Source of the DNA: a virus
Taxonomy: Duplodnaviria; Caudoviricetes
Virus record (IMG/VR): IMGVR_UViG_3300035008_000005
Span: 1 to 48,699 of that record
Reading direction: 5' to 3' (one strand)
Length of the DNA: 48,699 nucleotides
This document shows positions 1-6,866 of the stretch, in pieces. The notes below the pieces were generated by a model that saw only the letters and a program-made list of their open reading frames with translations, searched no databases and was not told where the DNA came from. The position numbers were made by a program, and so were the translations under genes. The stretch's first letter is position 1, and the number at the start of each line of letters is the position of its first letter.

Positions 1-405
1 ATGCAGGCGCTGCGTCAGGGCGTGGACCCGATGGATGCACCGAAGGGCGATTGGACGGGCTATTACGAGTGGCTGGACCCGATGCTGTTTCACCCGGGAC
101 GGTGGGCGATCATCCCCGACATTCCCGGCGCCCCTTCCCAGCTCAACGACGGCTTGCTGAACGACTGGCCTTTCGGGGATCGCGGGGCGCCGGTGTGGCA
201 CATGGACGGACCGCTAGATCGTCTGGCGCGCCTTTGCGAGAAATACGCTCGCGTATGCATCGGCTGGATCGGCGACCCGAAGAAAGAGCCGGTGGGCTGC
301 GAGGCCTATTTTCGGCGCATGGACGAGGTTGCCGCCCTGATGGGCAATACGTGGCACCCGCTGCACATGCTGCGCGGGACGCTCGTCGCTCGGCAATATC
401 CATGA
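1..405 (+). pseudogene. 5' part of interrupted TGT/DpdA-like (tRNA-guanine transglycosylase-like) phage protein; probably also truncated by the window edge
   Basis: Motifs WAIIPD, APVWH, RVCIG, LHMLRG; stops at ...RQYP-TGA and continues at 759 with FVSVDSTSLAQN (family-type PFxSxDST motif). Confidence 0.65.
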
Positions 406-546
406 AGAAGCCGCAGGCCTGAAAAGGCAAAAGGACCGACCCAAAGGGCCGGTCCTCCGGTTCAACCGGCGGTCTGGCGACCGCGATCTCACTATTCGCA
501 CCAGAGGAATCGCACGCCAGACCGCCATTTGCAAGGAAATTGCACA

Positions 547-624
547 GTGGTCCGCGTTCGCGCTTATACCCGTGTGCGGTTCGGCAGTGTGGAGCACGTG
601 TGCGCCCACTGGCGTTCGCGCTGA
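547..624 (+). CDS. 25-aa basic peptide MVRVRAYTRVRFGSVEHVCAHWRSR inside the insertion
   Basis: GTG start with AAGGA SD at 533-537; followed by a terminator; below the ORF-track length cutoff. Confidence 0.6.
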   Translation: MVRVRAYTRVRFGSVEHVCAHWRSR

Positions 625-684
625 CAGGGTAGCCTGATCCAGCAACAGCCGTGACCTACGGGCGCCACGGTCCTATCAGCACCT

Positions 685-711
685 AGGGCGGCTTCGGTCG
701 CCCTTCTCTTT
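685..711 (+). terminator. Intrinsic terminator
   Basis: AGGGCGGC-TTCG-GTCGCCCT followed by TCTCTTT. Confidence 0.65.
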
Positions 712-758
712 GCCCACATTCCGTGTGTGGTATCTTAAGTGAATAATGTCCATATCCA

Positions 759-989
759 TTCGTCAGCGTGGACAGCACGAGCCTTGCGCAGAACGGGCAC
801 CGCTATGACTGCGAGGGTGACAACTATGCTGGCCGCGCCCGCTACGCCGACCGCCTCGAAGCCGGTAATTTCGCTAACCGACTTTGCCGCAAGATGCAGC
901 GAAATCGTTTCGCAGCACAGCGGCCACCAAGCCCACCGCCAACTCGACCTGCTGGTTACCGAGACCCTGTGCAGCTTGGGCTACTCTGA
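759..989 (+). pseudogene. 3' part of the interrupted TGT/DpdA-like gene
   Basis: FVSVDSTSLAQNG...QLGLL; in-frame TAA at 744 upstream; joins 1-402 in frame. Confidence 0.65.
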
Positions 990-1194
990 GGGAATGGCGA
1001 TCTTTCTGGCGCACGTTAGCGATTATCATCCAGAAGAAGTTTGCGACACATGCGGCGGTTACGGCGAGGTGTATGGTCATTCCGACGACTGCGAAAGCGA
1101 CTTGTGCGCGCTCGCTGGCGGCATGGATGACTGCAACGGCCAAATCGTCACTTGTCATTGCTTCACCCCCACCCCGGAGCCCCACCATGACTAA
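805..1194 (+). CDS. Hypothetical phage protein with C-terminal Cys-rich motif (start uncertain)
   Basis: HRQLDLL...LGYSEGMAIF and CDTCGG...CHC; stop overlaps next start. Confidence 0.6.
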   Translation: MTARVTTMLAAPATPTASKPVISLTDFAARCSEIVSQHSGHQAHRQLDLLVTETLCSLGYSEGMAIFLAHVSDYHPEEVCDTCGGYGEVYGHSDDCESDLCALAGGMDDCNGQIVTCHCFTPTPEPHHD

Positions 1195-1444
1195 CAAAGA
1201 TACCCGACTGGATGGGTGGATGCCGATTGAGACGGCGCCGCGGGACGGGACCGAGGTTCTCGTATGCGTCACCCATAATCTGCCAGACTGCGGCGCGTGG
1301 GAAACGATCATGTGGGTGGACTGGCAGCGCGGCCCATATGTCTGGCCGAATTACGACGCTCGCGCTGACATTCCGTTCCCGCCGACCCATTGGCGGCCCT
1401 TACCTCCCCCTCCCCCGACCACAGGAGATAACCCCGATGCCTGA
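1187..1444 (+). CDS. DUF551-like phage protein
   Basis: WMPIETAPRDGTEVL...PTHWRPLPPPP signature; GGAG SD. Confidence 0.8.
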   Translation: MTNKDTRLDGWMPIETAPRDGTEVLVCVTHNLPDCGAWETIMWVDWQRGPYVWPNYDARADIPFPPTHWRPLPPPPPTTGDNPDA

Positions 1445-1826
1445 CAGCGATATACAGCGGCTGGTCGAGAGGATCGAGGGGGCGGGCGGGCCGGATCGGG
1501 AATTGGACGACGAAATCGCTTTCGCGGTTTCTGCGATGGGCGAAAAAGTCCCCTGTGGCCACACCCTCAATCGTCTTACGGGTCACAAGAGCGGGATTGC
1601 CGCTCGGCGCTACACCGCCAGCATAGACGCTGCGATGACGCTGGTGCCGGAGGGCTGGTCATTTGAGGTGAGGAGCAGCGGCACGGGCGATCCAGGGCAG
1701 GCCTCAGTATGGAACCCCATGCGGGCTCCGGGGCATGAAGAATATCGCGTGTCAAACTTCGCCACTCCTGCGCTCGCTCTTTGCGCCTGCGCCCTCAAAG
1801 CAAGGAACCCCCGATGTCTGACATAG
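1437..1826 (+). CDS. Hypothetical phage protein
   Basis: AGGAGA SD; LVERIE...DRELD...YTASIDAAMTLVPEGW...TPALALC. Confidence 0.75.
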   Translation: MPDSDIQRLVERIEGAGGPDRELDDEIAFAVSAMGEKVPCGHTLNRLTGHKSGIAARRYTASIDAAMTLVPEGWSFEVRSSGTGDPGQASVWNPMRAPGHEEYRVSNFATPALALCACALKARNPRCLT

Positions 1827-2101
1827 TTGAGCGTCTGCGAGCGGAAAACGAACGCAAGCGCGACGCTGGCGGAGACATGCTGTATCGAGGCCCGTCTGAC
1901 CCATTGCTCACCGAAGCGGCCGACACCATAACCGACCTGCGCGCAGAGGTGGAGGCTTTGAAAGACCCGAACGTCGTTCACGTCAACATGCTACGCGGTG
2001 GGATCGCTCGACCCAGCTTAGCGCAGATAATTCATATCTATGGAGAAGAGGCGATCCGCGCCACCCTCGTTCAAACCAAGGACACGACCGATGACGCTTG
2101 A
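1814..2101 (+). CDS. Hypothetical phage protein
   Basis: AAGGA SD; MSDIVERLR...EAADTITDLRAE; coupled to neighbours. Confidence 0.75.
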   Translation: MSDIVERLRAENERKRDAGGDMLYRGPSDPLLTEAADTITDLRAEVEALKDPNVVHVNMLRGGIARPSLAQIIHIYGEEAIRATLVQTKDTTDDA

Positions 2102-2309
2102 AGAGGTGACACTACCGCCCGGTGGCGCGCCGGACACGGAAACCGCCGAACTGATGCAGCGGCTTTCCGATTTGCAGCAATGGTGCTTCCTGATGACGCA
2201 GAAAGACAGCGGCGGCATCGCAGCAGGAAGGCTTGTGCAGGACGTTCGGGTTTTTATTGTTGAGCGCCTTTATCCCCGCGCTGCTCTATCTTCTATCGGA
2301 GGTGAGTAA
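2091..2309 (+). CDS. Hypothetical protein
   Basis: Overlapping start/stop with neighbours. Confidence 0.6.
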   Translation: MTLEEVTLPPGGAPDTETAELMQRLSDLQQWCFLMTQKDSGGIAAGRLVQDVRVFIVERLYPRAALSSIGGE

Positions 2310-2596
2310 TGGATAGGGACGAACTGGCCCAGAAGGTCGCTAACGCGCGCTTCGATTACGGCAGGAGTGAGCTGCCGGAAGGGTGCAAAATCGTTGTCAG
2401 CGATCTTGACCGCGATATTGCCGACGCCGCCCTATCATACTTCCGTGAGTATCTAGGGAGGGAGGAGACGGTGGAGGCTGCTGCAAGGACGATGCAGGAG
2501 AGCAAGGCGTGGCCAGCGGTTCACCAAGCTGGCACCGCGGAACTTCTCGCCCGCGCCGCCCTTACCGCTATAGGAGGACATGATGAGAAAATCTGA
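2309..2596 (+). CDS. Hypothetical phage protein
   Basis: GGAGGT SD; TAATG overlap. Confidence 0.7.
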   Translation: MDRDELAQKVANARFDYGRSELPEGCKIVVSDLDRDIADAALSYFREYLGREETVEAAARTMQESKAWPAVHQAGTAELLARAALTAIGGHDEKI

Positions 2597-2972
2597 GCCA
2601 GCGCCATTTGCAATCATGGCATTATTGGCCGCATTGGCCGGGTGTAGCCCGCCAGAGAAGAGCCATTACCCAGTACCAGAAGGAGATATGGAAACACTAG
2701 CTACCACTCCGATCAAGACCCAAGCGGAAATCGCCGCTGAGGCGGAAGCGGAGGCTCAACTTGCTCGCGAGCGGAAGATCGAAGAGATTCGTCAACGTGA
2801 TCCGAATGTGAATTGGGTCAACATTGGTATCACGACGGGGAAATTTTCAGAATCGTTGAGAACCAGTACGCACAAGACATACGACGAATGCGTCGCGCAC
2901 TCGTACATGGAAGACAACGACTGCTTTCCGATTGCTGCTTTGCCGGAATCCTACTGGAATGCGCGGCCATGA
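2580..2972 (+). CDS. Putative lipoprotein
   Basis: AGGAGG SD; hydrophobic signal with lipobox LAGC. Confidence 0.7.
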   Translation: MMRKSEPAPFAIMALLAALAGCSPPEKSHYPVPEGDMETLATTPIKTQAEIAAEAEAEAQLARERKIEEIRQRDPNVNWVNIGITTGKFSESLRTSTHKTYDECVAHSYMEDNDCFPIAALPESYWNARP

Positions 2973-3021
2973 AGCCGCCCCTTGGTCAGCAAGTCCGCGC
3001 CATTCTCTTACGGGATAAGGG

Positions 3022-3474
3022 GTGATGACGCAGAGCAAGCTTCAAACCGTTTCTCGAATCGTGAACGCCGCCGATGCTGAGCGCGTCTCCACAATATACC
3101 GCCGCTGCTATTCAGGCGATGATGGCTGGGGATCAGCAGCAACCTTCAACGAGTTTCGCGAGCGTCTCAATGCTTCTATCGGGGTAGATGGAGGAGAGGG
3201 CATGGTCGTCCGCATCACCGCTCGCAAGGATGATGAAGATTGCGATTGGTTTGATGTCTCAGGCGTTACACCGGACGGGACTTGTTGGGCTATCGAGTTT
3301 CGTCCTTGGGGCGAATGGAAGCTACTTCCCGTCGAAGCCGAAATGCCGATCGATGATGCGGCGACGCACATCTATTATGAGATGACGTGGGGAGGTTGGC
3401 CCGAACAGTCTGAGGAGCGATTCGCCGACATTTGCGATGCCGCCGAAGAGGTGCGAAGGCAGTTCGATGCTTGA
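3022..3474 (+). CDS. Hypothetical acidic protein
   Basis: 150-aa ORF co-oriented with the cluster. Confidence 0.65.
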   Translation: MMTQSKLQTVSRIVNAADAERVSTIYRRCYSGDDGWGSAATFNEFRERLNASIGVDGGEGMVVRITARKDDEDCDWFDVSGVTPDGTCWAIEFRPWGEWKLLPVEAEMPIDDAATHIYYEMTWGGWPEQSEERFADICDAAEEVRRQFDA

Positions 3475-3486
3475 AGCCCTCGCCCC

Positions 3487-3576
3487 GTGAACCCCCTTCT
3501 CCGCCACGGCCACCGCATTGCCATAGCCTTAGGGCTCATGTTTATTGCGGGGGTGGTGGTTTGGGTGGTGGGGTGA
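3487..3576 (+). CDS. 29-aa single-TM peptide MNPLLRHGHRIAIALGLMFIAGVVVWVVG
   Basis: Hand-translated; one strongly hydrophobic segment; no clear SD. Confidence 0.45.
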   Translation: MNPLLRHGHRIAIALGLMFIAGVVVWVVG

Positions 3577-3579
3577 GGA

Positions 3580-3820
3580 AGAGCGGGGGCGTTCACCCGG
3601 ATCGGAACCCGGTTTAGCGAGCGCCCGGCCTTCGCACTTGGGCCGCCCCCTTGCTCATAGCGCGGGCCGTGGAAACGTTTAAGAGGCGAGCCGTAGCCTA
3701 CCCCTCCCGGCTGGACCTTCGGGGTTGCGCCCCTCGCCACTGCTGGCTGCCCTATACACCGGGATGGTGATCTCCCGCCACGGTCGGGTCTTGCGATCTT
3801 TCGCTCGCCGCCGCGCCCCA
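3580..3820 (-). ncRNA. Candidate structured ncRNA (unidentified)
   Basis: No convincing gene; nested long-range stems and tetraloop hairpins; upstream TTGCTC-N16-TATGAA promoter-like site at 3850-3823. Confidence 0.5.
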
Positions 3821-3858
3821 CCTTCATAGCAGAACAGGGCCGGAGAGCAAGGTTTTCG

Positions 3859-3886
3859 TTGCGGAATCGCGTGGGAATGATAGGAT
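3859..3886 (+). promoter_or_regulatory. Sigma70-like promoter, back-to-back with the minus-strand promoter
   Basis: TTGCGG-N16-TAGGAT; ATG at 3893 suggests a leaderless mRNA. Confidence 0.45.
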
Positions 3887-3892
3887 TTGGGG

Positions 3893-4165
3893 ATGGTAGA
3901 GAGCATTACGCAGCTCGCGCTGATGGATGCCGAGGAGACGCTGGCACTCGCCGCCAGCCCGAATATTCCCGACCCGCGCCACATGGACGAGGTCCGGGCG
4001 CTTGGCGAACGCATCGGCTACGGCAATCTGATGACGACAGCTTCGGCAATCTGGGGCGAGAAGATGGAGGCTGCCGGAATAGGCGGCTCCGAGTTCGTCG
4101 CCGGGCCTTGTCGCTCGACAGTGGAGAAGGCTTTGGCGCTGGTTCGGTCTGCCATTAAGGAATGA
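3893..4165 (+). CDS. Hypothetical protein
   Basis: ORF directly after promoter; ATGA overlap with next gene. Confidence 0.65.
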   Translation: MVESITQLALMDAEETLALAASPNIPDPRHMDEVRALGERIGYGNLMTTASAIWGEKMEAAGIGGSEFVAGPCRSTVEKALALVRSAIKE

Positions 4166-4353
4166 TGATGGACAACGTAATCCAGATGCTGCCGACGCTC
4201 GAAGCGCACCCCGGCGTCCAAGATGAAATACGCCGCCTGTCCACCGCCCAATTGAAGGCAATGTGGGACGATCCAGACCGCTACGGCAATTTCTGCGATG
4301 AAATATATTTTGAGATGCAAGCGAGAGGCGAAGGGCGCTACGTAGCGGTTTAA
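4162..4353 (+). CDS. Hypothetical protein
   Basis: TAAGGA SD; coupled. Confidence 0.65.
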   Translation: MMMDNVIQMLPTLEAHPGVQDEIRRLSTAQLKAMWDDPDRYGNFCDEIYFEMQARGEGRYVAV

Positions 4354-4390
4354 TCCGGCAGCGTCTCACTCCACGCCCTAACCGAGTCAC

Positions 4391-4419
4391 TTGGAACGCA
4401 CCGGGAACGTCGCTAGCAT
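4391..4419 (+). promoter_or_regulatory. Sigma70 promoter overlapped by alphaproteobacterial LexA box
   Basis: TTGGAA-N17-TAGCAT; GAAC-gcaccgg-GAAC at 4394-4408. Confidence 0.65.
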
Positions 4420-4425
4420 CCCGGC

Positions 4426-4641
4426 ATGGTCAATCACACGCCCCCGATTCTCTCCCCCGCCCTCTCGACGGCATGGCGAAACTGCGAACGACGATGCCCC
4501 AAGGAAACGGCACTTCTTGTGTCCGAGTTCACGGGACGGATGCTCGATCTTGAAAAGCGAAGCGAAGGTGCGGGCATATATTCGACGCTGGACGCGCCTA
4601 CGGGAGTGCGTCACTCCACGCACGAACGCCCGAAAGCTTAG
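4426..4641 (+). CDS. Small putative SOS-inducible protein
   Basis: ATG 6 nt after the -10 element; converges on the o-spanin gene. Confidence 0.5.
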   Translation: MVNHTPPILSPALSTAWRNCERRCPKETALLVSEFTGRMLDLEKRSEGAGIYSTLDAPTGVRHSTHERPKA

Positions 4642-4876
4642 CGGCGCAGTCTCCCCATGCGGCATGATAGGCCAGCACCCATTCGGACACGATGCGGTCG
4701 CGCTCGATCCCCGGCGGCGGCAATACGGGAGCGTCCGGCTGTCCCGCGCACGTCAGCAGCTCTGGCGGCGGCTTAGTTGCCTTTACCGCTACCTTTGGCC
4801 CGCAGGCTGTCAGCGACAGCGCCAAGGGGATCCCCAGACTGGCGAGCAGCTTCCCGCGCTTTCTCAACTTCGGCAT
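4598..4876 (-). CDS. o-spanin (Rz1-like lipoprotein)
   Basis: Basic N-terminus, lipobox LTAC, Pro-rich PPPELLTC; overlaps Rz 3' end. Confidence 0.8.
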   Translation of the reverse strand: MPKLRKRGKLLASLGIPLALSLTACGPKVAVKATKPPPELLTCAGQPDAPVLPPPGIERDRIVSEWVLAYHAAWGDCAAKLSGVRAWSDALP

Positions 4877-5135
4877 CAACCTTACCTTTCGTTTCCGCAG
4901 CGGTGACAGTCCCGGCAGCATCTGCCTTTGCGTCGGCTGCTTCGATCTTTGCGGCAGCAGCTTCCCATCGGGCGCGCTCGTCGTCCCTGCCCCGATCCCA
5001 TGCCCAAGCGTAGGCGAGGTAGAGCGCGAGCGCGACGATCAGGGCGAACACGACATAGCCGCCCCACTTCGCCGCCTTGGCGGGCATGATGTAGGTCAGG
5101 GCGTTACCGATGAAGCCGATTGCGAGCCTTACCAT
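4773..5135 (-). CDS. i-spanin (Rz-like)
   Basis: N-terminal TM followed by Ala/charged coiled coil; lysis context. Confidence 0.8.
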   Translation of the reverse strand: MVRLAIGFIGNALTYIMPAKAAKWGGYVVFALIVALALYLAYAWAWDRGRDDERARWEAAAAKIEAADAKADAAGTVTAAETKGKVDAEVEKAREAARQSGDPLGAVADSLRAKGSGKGN

Positions 5136-5314
5136 TCGTCGTCCTTTCCGAATCCAAGCGGGTTGGGCGCGCGCATGATCACGTTCCCGTCCGCGTCGAG
5201 CAGGCCCGTATCGACGGCCTCGTGATCGCAGACCTCGATGCTGGTCAGAAGCGGCGCCATCGGCTCCCAATATTCGTCGTCGGCGCGCGGGCGCTTGGTG
5301 AAATAGCGGGGCAT
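5129..5314 (-). CDS. Hypothetical protein
   Basis: GGAGA SD; DTGLLDADG...LGF. Confidence 0.65.
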   Translation of the reverse strand: MPRYFTKRPRADDEYWEPMAPLLTSIEVCDHEAVDTGLLDADGNVIMRAPNPLGFGKDDEW

Positions 5315-5356
5315 TGCGTTCTCCCGTTGGCGGGAGCCGAAGCCCCCGCCGTTGGC

Positions 5357-5713
5357 TCATGCGGCCAGCTTTTCGCGGAGGGCATAGCCTTCAAGCGGCC
5401 AAAGCTGCTTGATTGCGTCCTCGTAAGCGAAGCGGTTGCCCTTCTCCTGATCGAAGTTCTCGGGCGACGCCGGGGCGCTCTTCCCGATGACAGTGAAGCC
5501 GTTCTGCATAACCAAGATGCAGATGGTCAGGATAGCGAGCGGGTTGCTCGCCTGAGCATGGTCCGCGCCGGGGTTGAGGGCGCTGAGGGCCGACCCCGCC
5601 GAGAAATAATGCTCCTCCGCGATCTTTGCCTTCATGTCGTCGAGCGAAACGCGCGGGTGAGTTGCACGGCTGGCGCTGAAAGCTTCCGTGGCTTCGAGGG
5701 TAGGACTGTCCAT
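5357..5713 (-). CDS. Phage N4 Gp49/Sf6 gp66 family protein (Acb4-like)
   Basis: LTICILVMQNGFTVIGKSAPASPENFD...AYEDAIKQLWPLEGY signature. Confidence 0.85.
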   Translation of the reverse strand: MDSPTLEATEAFSASRATHPRVSLDDMKAKIAEEHYFSAGSALSALNPGADHAQASNPLAILTICILVMQNGFTVIGKSAPASPENFDQEKGNRFAYEDAIKQLWPLEGYALREKLAA

Positions 5714-5757
5714 CTTAGGTTACTCCAGTCAATTTGCCGCTGATCCGCGCGGCCCGG

Positions 5758-6180
5758 TTATCCGGCTGAGCCGGAATCCTTCACGGCCTGAGCCTCGTCC
5801 ACAGCCGCGTCAGCCACCCGCTGCGCAGCCTCGTCGCGGCTTATGTCGGCAGATACCCCGTCACGGCTCGCGTTGAACGACAGCCGTCCGCCTGCCAGGA
5901 TGATGACGACGAGCACGAGCAGGGAGAGGGCTTGCACCCCGATGACGATAAGCAGCGCCTTGCCGAGCGTATCGACCTGCACGTTCATCAGGCTGAAACA
6001 GGCGTCGATGGCATTGGCGGGGCGCCCGGTGGCATATTTCGCGGCCCCGAGCGCGCGTGTGCACCAATCCTGCGCGGAGAGGATCAAAACGAGCCATACC
6101 GCCATGCCGATGGTGAACGCGCTGGACACAGCCACGGCGACCAGCGCCCATGTGCGGATCGGGGCGCGGCGCTCGGTCAT
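5758..6180 (-). CDS. Two-TM membrane protein, possible holin
   Basis: Two long hydrophobic helices; directly after endolysin. Confidence 0.6.
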   Translation of the reverse strand: MTERRAPIRTWALVAVAVSSAFTIGMAVWLVLILSAQDWCTRALGAAKYATGRPANAIDACFSLMNVQVDTLGKALLIVIGVQALSLLVLVVIILAGGRLSFNASRDGVSADISRDEAAQRVADAAVDEAQAVKDSGSAG

Positions 6181-6866
6181 CAATCCCTCCACCCGCCCTT
6201 GGCGATGGCCGACATAAAGCGTTCGGCATATCCGGCGATGAGATCGGACTTATCCATGCCGTTGATGATGCGCCGTGCCTGCCGGAACTGCTCGCGGGTC
6301 GCGTTGTCGCCGGTGAGATAGTGCCGGAGCGCCTTGCCGGTGAAAGCCCCTGTCTCCATGCCGAGCACGAGGATGCGCGCGGCAATGTCGGGTTCGAGCG
6401 CGCGGTCGAAGTTGCGGAGCAGCGATCCATTGAGCCCCAGCGCCTTGTCCGCCCATTCATAGTTCCGGTCATGCGTCAGCTGGACTAGGCCGCGCCCGTA
6501 AGGCACCTGCCCGCCATATGCGCCGGGCTTGCCGTAGTAACGCCCCCGTCCCTTGCCCCATTCGGCGATCGGGCGAAGACGGCACTCGTGCCAAGCGGTG
6601 GCCAGCGCATAGGCTAGCCACGGCGCCCGCCACCGCGTTGCCCCCGCGAGCAGCCGGTTGATCGTGTCCACCTGCACCTGATCGAGAGAGCCGGTGATGG
6701 CCCGAACCGCAGCAAAGAACGCCGCCGGGTTCGTCATGGTGTAATTGCCGTCAGGAAGGGCGATGGGGGTAGCAGGAGCCGCCGCAGGAGGCGGAACGGG
6801 CGGCGCGGGCCGCATGACGTGCTGTGCCGCCATCAGTGCCGTGTCGAGCATTTTGGCGAGGCTCAT
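6180..6866 (-). CDS. Endolysin, glycoside hydrolase 19-like
   Basis: LAYALATAWHE, YGRGLVQLT...NY, ARRIING.D. Confidence 0.85.
   Translation of the reverse strand: MSLAKMLDTALMAAQHVMRPAPPVPPPAAAPATPIALPDGNYTMTNPAAFFAAVRAITGSLDQVQVDTINRLLAGATRWRAPWLAYALATAWHECRLRPIAEWGKGRGRYYGKPGAYGGQVPYGRGLVQLTHDRNYEWADKALGLNGSLLRNFDRALEPDIAARILVLGMETGAFTGKALRHYLTGDNATREQFRQARRIINGMDKSDLIAGYAERFMSAIAKGGWRD

Larger units (their letters stand above)
396..759. mobile_element. 356-nt structured insertion flanked by 8-bp direct repeat ATATCCAT
   Basis: ATATCCAT at 396-403 and 752-759; deleting one copy plus the intervening DNA gives in-frame R-Q-Y-P-F-V-S-V-D-S-T. Confidence 0.8.

Noticed and set aside
404-759. 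Insertion as a group I/II intron or IS/MITE
   Set aside because: No terminal G in any register, no GUGYG start or domain V, no terminal inverted repeats or transposase
3581-3655. tRNA gene in the second structured domain
   Set aside because: A D-arm-like segment and GGTTC are present, but arm spacing and acceptor/T-arm geometry do not fit a canonical tRNA
3580-3820. RNase P, SRP RNA or tmRNA
   Set aside because: GAGGAAAGTCC, the SRP GGAA/AGCAG loop and tmRNA ends/tag are absent; only short chance matches
4560-4620. Second copy of the VRAY peptide (KVRAYIRRW)
   Set aside because: Only a 4-residue match with no start, SD or flanking structure; it overlaps better-supported ORFs
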